Shown here piece after piece: positions 58,442 through 64,000 of a stretch of DNA of 64,000 bases. The notes beneath the pieces are model-generated. The model ran no database searches. It was given only the letters and a program-made list of their open reading frames with translations, and had not been told where the DNA came from. A program made the position numbers and the translations under genes. Each line of letters begins with the position of its first letter. The stretch's first letter is position 1. Source of the DNA: Clostridia bacterium (GTDB taxonomy: Bacteria; Bacillota; Clostridia; Oscillospirales; UBA644); the NCBI GenBank assembly GCA_017427285.1, contig JAFRTE010000035.1, positions 6,038 to 70,037 of the forward strand. The letters are read 5' to 3'.

Positions 58442-59157
58442 TGGCATTTATTCAGATGAACATTTTTTCGGATTCGATCGGCATGATGACGGGAGTTAAC
58501 GTTATAATCCCCGAAAGAGCGGCGGAACCTCCCGCAGTCCTTTACCTTCTTCACGGACTTTCCGACGACCAGAGCGCTTGGATGAGACGGACTTCGGTAG
58601 AACGGTATGCGGAACGCAGAAATCTTGCGGTCATAATGCCCACAACCCACAGAGGCTTTTATACCGATATGGCAAACGGATACAACTACTGGACGTATGT
58701 TTCAAAAGAACTTCCAGAAAAAATGCACAGTATTTTCAGACTGTCCCGCGAACGTGAAAAAACTTTTGCGGCAGGACTTTCGATGGGCGGATATGGCGCT
58801 TTAAAGCTCGGTCTCCGCATGCCCGAAACGTTTGCCGCCGTCGCAGGCTTTTCGTCTGCCGCGGATATGAAAAACAGGGTTTCTGCATCAGACGAGCATA
58901 AACGGATATTCGGCGACGAACTGAGCGAAGAAAACGATCTTTTTGCTCTTGCGGAAAAACTTTCGCCTAAAGACGCTCCGCGAATTTATATGTGGTGCGG
59001 CACGGAGGATTTTCTTCTCGACGCAAACAGACGTCTTTCGTCGCATCTGAAAGCTCTCGGCTTTGAGATCGACTATTCCGAATCCGCGGGCGGACATCAG
59101 TGGGAAAGATGGGACGAGCAGATAGAGAAAGCTCTCGACTGGTTTGGAATAAAATAA
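58441..59157 (+). CDS. Alpha/beta-fold esterase (tributyrin/acetyl esterase type)
   Basis: YLLHG, GLSMGG nucleophile, CGTED, GGHQW. Confidence 0.92.
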   Translation: MAFIQMNIFSDSIGMMTGVNVIIPERAAEPPAVLYLLHGLSDDQSAWMRRTSVERYAERRNLAVIMPTTHRGFYTDMANGYNYWTYVSKELPEKMHSIFRLSREREKTFAAGLSMGGYGALKLGLRMPETFAAVAGFSSAADMKNRVSASDEHKRIFGDELSEENDLFALAEKLSPKDAPRIYMWCGTEDFLLDANRRLSSHLKALGFEIDYSESAGGHQWERWDEQIEKALDWFGIK

Positions 59158-59360
59158 TTTGGTGATTATAACGGAATGTCAATTTTTGAGCTTGCCGTAT
59201 TTGTAAATTTTTAACGAAGTTTTGTCTGACGTAAATTTTTTTAAAAAATGTCTTTATTTTCTTGTTAAAATATGCTATAATATATTCGTAACGGGGAAGC
59301 TTTTATGATAAAATTGCTAAATAAAGGTTCCTTTACAATATGACGTAAGGAGTGAAACGT

Positions 59361-59888
59361 ATGCAAATTACCTACACGGAAAGAAAATGTCACATCTGGG
59401 ACAGCACGAAGGATTATACCGAAAAAAAGATTCAGAAGCTCGAAAAATTCTTTGCCGGTGATTGCGTCGTACACGTTATCTACACCCTGGAAAAAGACGA
59501 CAAATGCAAAGTCGAGATAACTGCCGATTACGGCGGAATAATTTTCAGGGCGCAGGAGACAACAAAGGACTTCCGCGAAAGTGTCGATAAAATCGTGGAC
59601 GTTCTTATCAGACAGATCAGAAAACACAAAACAAAGCTCGAAAAACGCCTCAAACAGAGCGACTTCACATTCGAGCGCGGCTTCTCAACCGATACGGAGG
59701 ATGAGGACGAAGATATCATCACGAGAAGAAAATCGCTTGTTGTAACGCCTATGTCAGAAGACGAGGCGATACTTCAGATGAATATGGTCGGTCACGACTT
59801 CTTCGTTTTCCGTTCCGATCCCGATAACCATATCTGCATTGTTTACCGCCGCAAGGACGGAAATTACGGTCTTATAGAAACCGAGTAA
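59361..59888 (+). CDS. hpf: Ribosome hibernation factor, long HPF
   Basis: RQIRKHKTKL, PMSEDEAILQM, HDFFVF, VYRRKDGNYGLIE. Confidence 0.95.
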   Translation: MQITYTERKCHIWDSTKDYTEKKIQKLEKFFAGDCVVHVIYTLEKDDKCKVEITADYGGIIFRAQETTKDFRESVDKIVDVLIRQIRKHKTKLEKRLKQSDFTFERGFSTDTEDEDEDIITRRKSLVVTPMSEDEAILQMNMVGHDFFVFRSDPDNHICIVYRRKDGNYGLIETE

Positions 59889-59901
59889 AACGGTATAATA
59901 C

Positions 59902-59935
59902 ACGGGTCACGCATTACGCGTGACCCGTTTGTGTT
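59902..59935. terminator. Intrinsic terminator between convergent genes
   Basis: ACGGGTCACGC/GCGTGACCCGT stem. Confidence 0.8.
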
Positions 59936-59945
59936 TATAAGGTTT

Positions 59946-61505
59946 TTACTGTTCGAGTATCCATGTTTCGGGGTCGGAAAAAAGATCGAAACATCCGGGC
60001 GAAAACGTACCCGATATATTTCTGTTTATTGCGAGCGCCCCGCCGGAAAAGTAAAGAGGGATAAACGGCAGTTCTTCCTGAAAAACGCTCAGAAAAGATC
60101 TCATATCGGTTTTTCCCGCATAAAAATCGGAAACCGCCGCTAAAAATTCTTCGGAATACGCCGTTTCGGGGTCTTCGTTTTCAGTTATTCTTGCGGATAA
60201 AACAAGCTCGTTTTGCATAACCGAAGTAATATCCATATTCGGAAAAAGATTCATTTCCCCTATAAAAATATCGTAATCGCCCTCGATTACCGCAGCCGTC
60301 ATTTCATCCCACGGCAATGTTTTTACAACTGCACCGAACCCGAAATTTTCCAGGTTTTGAGCGATATATCCGGCTATTTCCGTTTTTATTACGCTTTCCT
60401 GATTTACGAGTATCACAAGCTCGAGCGGCTGATCTTTCCATACTCGCTGCGTTCCTGAAATTCCGAGAGACGCCGAGTTGAAATAATCGTGAGCGGTTGT
60501 TGAAGAATATATATTCGCGTTAAGATCGGCTGCCTTCGTTACGGACCAGTCGGGATTGAAAGGATACCATACGCTTCTTGAAGAGGAGGAAAGAATGCTT
60601 TTTACTATTCCGTCTCTGTCGAACGCATAGGTGATTCCCTTAACGGAATCGGGGGAGGCGAAGTATTCCCTGTTTCTGTTTACTACGGCAAAAAGAAGAT
60701 CGTTTGTTGTAAAATCCTTTATTTCCACGGTGCCGCGAAACGACGAACTTCCTTCGGAAAGATCCGCATATGCGAGATGGACGTTGCCGTAGTTGACGTT
60801 GTATAAAAGCTCTTCGGAATTTCCGAAAGCGAGCAGATCTATCCTTTCCGTTTCGGGCGCTTTTGCGGCATATCTGTTTGCGGTAAGATACATTCCGCCT
60901 TCGTCGGAGTTGAATACATACGGACCGGAACCTACAGGGATCGTTTTTACGTCGCTTCCCGCTTTTATTATCGGTATCGAGGCGAGATTTACGTTAAATA
61001 TGCTGTCTGAAACAAAGGTGACGGTGAAAACGAAAGTATCCGTTTCCTCATACTCCGATATCACCGAAAAACGGTTTTTGTAAACCGAGTCCGCAGCGCT
61101 TGCCCTTGCAAACGAATAAACGCAGTCCGACGCCGTAATATGCGATCCGTCTGAAAAAAGAGCAGATTCGTCAAGATAAAATACCGCTCTGTTGCCGATT
61201 ATTTCGTATGATTCACATATCTGCGCTACTGCGTTAAGTGAGTTGTCAAGTTTTATCAAAGCACCGTAACACAGCGAGACAATACCCCTGTTTGCAGCGC
61301 TTTTGCTGTTGTAAGGGGATATCTGCTCGCCTGAATATCTCGCTATTGTCAGAGTGCGGGGCTCGGTGGGTGTTGTTTCCTGATCTTCCGTTCCGTCCGG
61401 TTCTTCAAGAACGGAGTGAGTGAAAAACTCGGAAAAAGTGCATGACGATAAAAGTGCGGCCGTGAGCACGAAAATTATCGCCGTAAGGAAAGACGGTTTT
61501 TTCAC
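59946..61505 (-). CDS. ABC transporter substrate-binding lipoprotein, family 5
   Basis: Lipobox LSSC; FSDGSHITASD, PVGSGPY, LPFIPLY; GTG start overlapping upstream stop. Confidence 0.85.
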   Translation of the reverse strand: MKKPSFLTAIIFVLTAALLSSCTFSEFFTHSVLEEPDGTEDQETTPTEPRTLTIARYSGEQISPYNSKSAANRGIVSLCYGALIKLDNSLNAVAQICESYEIIGNRAVFYLDESALFSDGSHITASDCVYSFARASAADSVYKNRFSVISEYEETDTFVFTVTFVSDSIFNVNLASIPIIKAGSDVKTIPVGSGPYVFNSDEGGMYLTANRYAAKAPETERIDLLAFGNSEELLYNVNYGNVHLAYADLSEGSSSFRGTVEIKDFTTNDLLFAVVNRNREYFASPDSVKGITYAFDRDGIVKSILSSSSRSVWYPFNPDWSVTKAADLNANIYSSTTAHDYFNSASLGISGTQRVWKDQPLELVILVNQESVIKTEIAGYIAQNLENFGFGAVVKTLPWDEMTAAVIEGDYDIFIGEMNLFPNMDITSVMQNELVLSARITENEDPETAYSEEFLAAVSDFYAGKTDMRSFLSVFQEELPFIPLYFSGGALAINRNISGTFSPGCFDLFSDPETWILEQ

Positions 61506-62032
61506 TGCTCGGTTTTTGAACCGGAATAAGACTGTTTGAGCTGATTGAGGGTGCTGAGAGCCGTACCGAGAGATTTTTCGCTTTCGTTGATAACACCGTC
61601 AATATATGAAATGGTAACGTTTCTCATCTTTATGGCATCCTGTTTTGCCTGCTCGATAAGCTTTTCGGCGCGCTCGTTTGCAATTACGGTGATCTGCTGC
61701 TCGTTTACAAGCGATTCGGCTTCGGCTCTTGCGTTTTCAAGTATCTGTTCCGACGCCTTTTTCGCTTTTGAAAGCATAAGTTCGGAATTCTTTTTAGCGC
61801 GTTCAACTATAATATCCGCTTCTTCTTTTGCGCGGGCTACGGTCTTATCTTTTGTATCGAGAACTTCTTTTGCCTTTTTGAGCTCCTGCGGAAGGCTGTC
61901 TCTGAGCGCCTCGATAATACTGCGCATGGTGTTTCCGTTAACAATATACTTATTGTTTGCAATGGGAAGACTCCACGAGTCTTCAAGAAGGTTTTCAAGC
62001 TCATCGAGATTTTTGTTGAATTCACTTACCAT
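61502..62032 (-). CDS. Conserved coiled-coil protein (DivIVA/ATPase-H-like)
   Basis: LDELENLLE, LPQELKKA, Ala/Glu-rich coil; usual neighbour of coaD. Confidence 0.8.
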   Translation of the reverse strand: MVSEFNKNLDELENLLEDSWSLPIANNKYIVNGNTMRSIIEALRDSLPQELKKAKEVLDTKDKTVARAKEEADIIVERAKKNSELMLSKAKKASEQILENARAEAESLVNEQQITVIANERAEKLIEQAKQDAIKMRNVTISYIDGVINESEKSLGTALSTLNQLKQSYSGSKTEQ

Positions 62033-62091
62033 TGTAGAGTTCCTTTCTGTCTGTACGTTTATTCAGACGGAGAATCGAATCCTCCGAAAAA

Positions 62092-62592
62092 TTACTTTTC
62101 CGCGCTTCCCGCCGCGGGGTTCAATTTTTTTGCTACTTCGTTTATTATCGCCGGACTTATAAATCCGGAGAGATCGCCGCCGTAAGAGCCGATATCCCTT
62201 ACCGCCGTTGAACTGATAAAAGTCTGATTTGCGTATGCCGGTATAAATACCGTTTCAAGCCCCGGCGCAAGCGCGTCGTTTATAAGAAAAAGACTGTATT
62301 CGTAATCAAAATCCGATACGCCTCTTACTCCTTTTACCATCGCGCATACTCCGAGATCCTTCGCAAGGTCAGCAAGAAGACCGTTTGAAGTGATCACTTT
62401 TATGTTTTCGTTATCGGCAAAAACTTTTTTGGCGAGACTTACTCTTTCTTCGGCGGAAAAAACCGTTTTTTTATCTATATTGTCAAGAACGGCGACGTAA
62501 ACGGTATCGAAGATCTTTGCGGCGCGGCGTACTACGCTTTCGTGGCCGAGAGTTATCGGATCGAACGTTCCGGGACAAATCGCGCTCCTCAT
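62092..62592 (-). CDS. coaD: Pantetheine-phosphate adenylyltransferase
   Basis: PGTFDPITLGH, KGVR..DFDYE, ISSTAVR. Confidence 0.96.
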   Translation of the reverse strand: MRSAICPGTFDPITLGHESVVRRAAKIFDTVYVAVLDNIDKKTVFSAEERVSLAKKVFADNENIKVITSNGLLADLAKDLGVCAMVKGVRGVSDFDYEYSLFLINDALAPGLETVFIPAYANQTFISSTAVRDIGSYGGDLSGFISPAIINEVAKKLNPAAGSAEK

Positions 62593-63143
62593 TCCGCATC
62601 CTCCTTTATTTTGTAAATAAGAACGGAAGCTATGCCGTATTTGCGCCTGTCAGCCAGATAGAGCCGTCCCTCTTCTTCGGGCAGAGATTCGATATATTTG
62701 CATTCTACTATGACCGTTCCGCCGTCATTCAGGCACGAACCGCTTTCTCCCAAAACGGCAAGCGCCCTTTGGGCAAGTCCGCGGTCGTAAGGGGGATCGA
62801 TGAAAATAATATCGAATTTTTCCGTTGCGGTTTTGAGATATTTTCTGTAATCCCCGTAAAAAACGGAATAATTCGTAAACCCCGTTTTCTTCAGGTTGGC
62901 TTTTGTGAGCGATACGGCATCTCTGTCGTTATCGCAAAAAACGGCTTTTTTGGCCCCTCTGCTCAGCGCTTCAATGCCCATTTGCCCCGACCCGGAAAAA
63001 AGGTCGAGAAACGCGCCGTCCAACCCTTCGTGAATAAGATTGAAAACCGATTCCTTCGTTCTGTCCGAAGTAGGACGTATAGGTGCGTCCTCGGCGGGAG
63101 AGAGCAGTTTCATTCCGCGTTTCTGTCCCGTTATAACCCTCAA
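62589..63143 (-). CDS. rsmD: 16S rRNA m2G966 methyltransferase
   Basis: RVITG, RPTSDRTKESVFN, LDLFSGSG, IFIDPPY; TTG start likely. Confidence 0.95.
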   Translation of the reverse strand: MRVITGQKRGMKLLSPAEDAPIRPTSDRTKESVFNLIHEGLDGAFLDLFSGSGQMGIEALSRGAKKAVFCDNDRDAVSLTKANLKKTGFTNYSVFYGDYRKYLKTATEKFDIIFIDPPYDRGLAQRALAVLGESGSCLNDGGTVIVECKYIESLPEEEGRLYLADRRKYGIASVLIYKIKEDAE

Positions 63144-63312
63144 GCCGATTCCCCCAGTATCACAAAGATCGAGAAAACAATATCTCATTTCATATTATAC
63201 CAAATAAAAAAAGAAATTTCAATAGTTTTTATCGAAATAATTCATACTTTTTTTATTGAAAAAGTAAATATTTTATGATAATATAAAAAAAACGCATCGG
63301 AAAAACGCATTT

Positions 63313-64000
63313 ATGAACGAAATATCGCAAAAAAATCTTTTTCTTCTCGATATGGACGGCACGGTCTATTTTGAAACCGAGCTTATACCCGGCGCAAAAG
63401 AATTTATCGACACGCTCATAAAAACAGGCAGAGATTATGTTTTTATGACGAACAATTCTTCGAAAAGCGCCGAGCTTTATCTTGAAAAACTGAAAAAAAT
63501 AGGGCTTCCCGCAGGAGAAAAGAATATTTTCACTTCGGGAATGGCTGCAGCAGTCCATATTAAAGGACAGAAAAAATCGCCCCGTATTTACGTTGTGGGC
63601 ACGGAGTCGCTCAAAAAGGAGCTCGGAAAGAGCGGAATTGAAATATCTGAAGACGGAAAGGGAAACGTCGACTTCCTTCTTGTCGGTTACGATACCGAGC
63701 TTGAATATAAAAAGCTGGAGATCGCCTGCGATCTTCTTTGCGACGGCGTTCCTTTTCTTGCCACCAACCCCGACGTTGTATGTCCCGTAAGAAACGGAAG
63801 ATATCTTCCCGACTGCGCCACTATATGCTATATGCTTGAGAAAGCAACGGGAAAAACGCCTTTTTATATCGGTAAACCGCGCCGTGAGATGGCTTTGACG
63901 GCAATTGAATGGAAGGGCGGAGACCCGCGCAGCTCCGCGATCGTCGGAGACCGCCTTTATACGGATATTGCCTGCGGAAAAAACGCAGGTGTATATGCAG
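63313..64000 (+). CDS. HAD-IIA hydrolase (NagD-like), 3' end outside window
   Basis: Manual translation: LLDMDGTVY, FMTNNSS, LATNPD, IGKP, IVGDRLYTDI. Confidence 0.92.
   Translation, partial: MNEISQKNLFLLDMDGTVYFETELIPGAKEFIDTLIKTGRDYVFMTNNSSKSAELYLEKLKKIGLPAGEKNIFTSGMAAAVHIKGQKKSPRIYVVGTESLKKELGKSGIEISEDGKGNVDFLLVGYDTELEYKKLEIACDLLCDGVPFLATNPDVVCPVRNGRYLPDCATICYMLEKATGKTPFYIGKPRREMALTAIEWKGGDPRSSAIVGDRLYTDIACGKNAGVYA

Overview
Chromosomal window from an anaerobic Bacillota (Clostridia-like, probably Oscillospiraceae/Eubacteriales type; inferred from gene content and sigmaA-consensus promoters). The left ~3.9 kb looks visibly more GC-rich and carries a minus-strand operon, metF-etfB-etfA-acsE-like. 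It runs off the window edge and is bounded on the right by a direct-repeat pair and truncated genes, as expected at an integrated-element junction. From 4.4 to 28 kb the content is mixed: a Y-family polymerase/YunG/YolD cassette, split transketolase, two tandem class B sortases with unusual architectures, a three-gene membrane operon with a Cys-rich repeat protein, trpS, pcp, nfo, a transaldolase-family gene, GH3, and a DUF1836/SGNH pair. From 28 to 64 kb it is mostly housekeeping (second type II topoisomerase pair, ftsY, smc, alaS, ispE, metK, coaE, sua5, hpf, coaD, rsmD), plus notable envelope proteins: a beta-propeller lipoprotein, a D,D-carboxypeptidase homolog lacking all three catalytic motifs, and a 1422-aa Big_2/GHL10/Amidase_3 fusion. 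No rRNA, tRNA, CRISPR array or intact transposase/integrase was seen. The best candidates for new biology are the ETF-coupled methylene-THF reductase operon, the orphan sortase pair, the Cys-rich membrane operon, the pseudo-PBP and the amidase-glycosidase fusion. All functional calls are from motif recognition by eye, not database searches.
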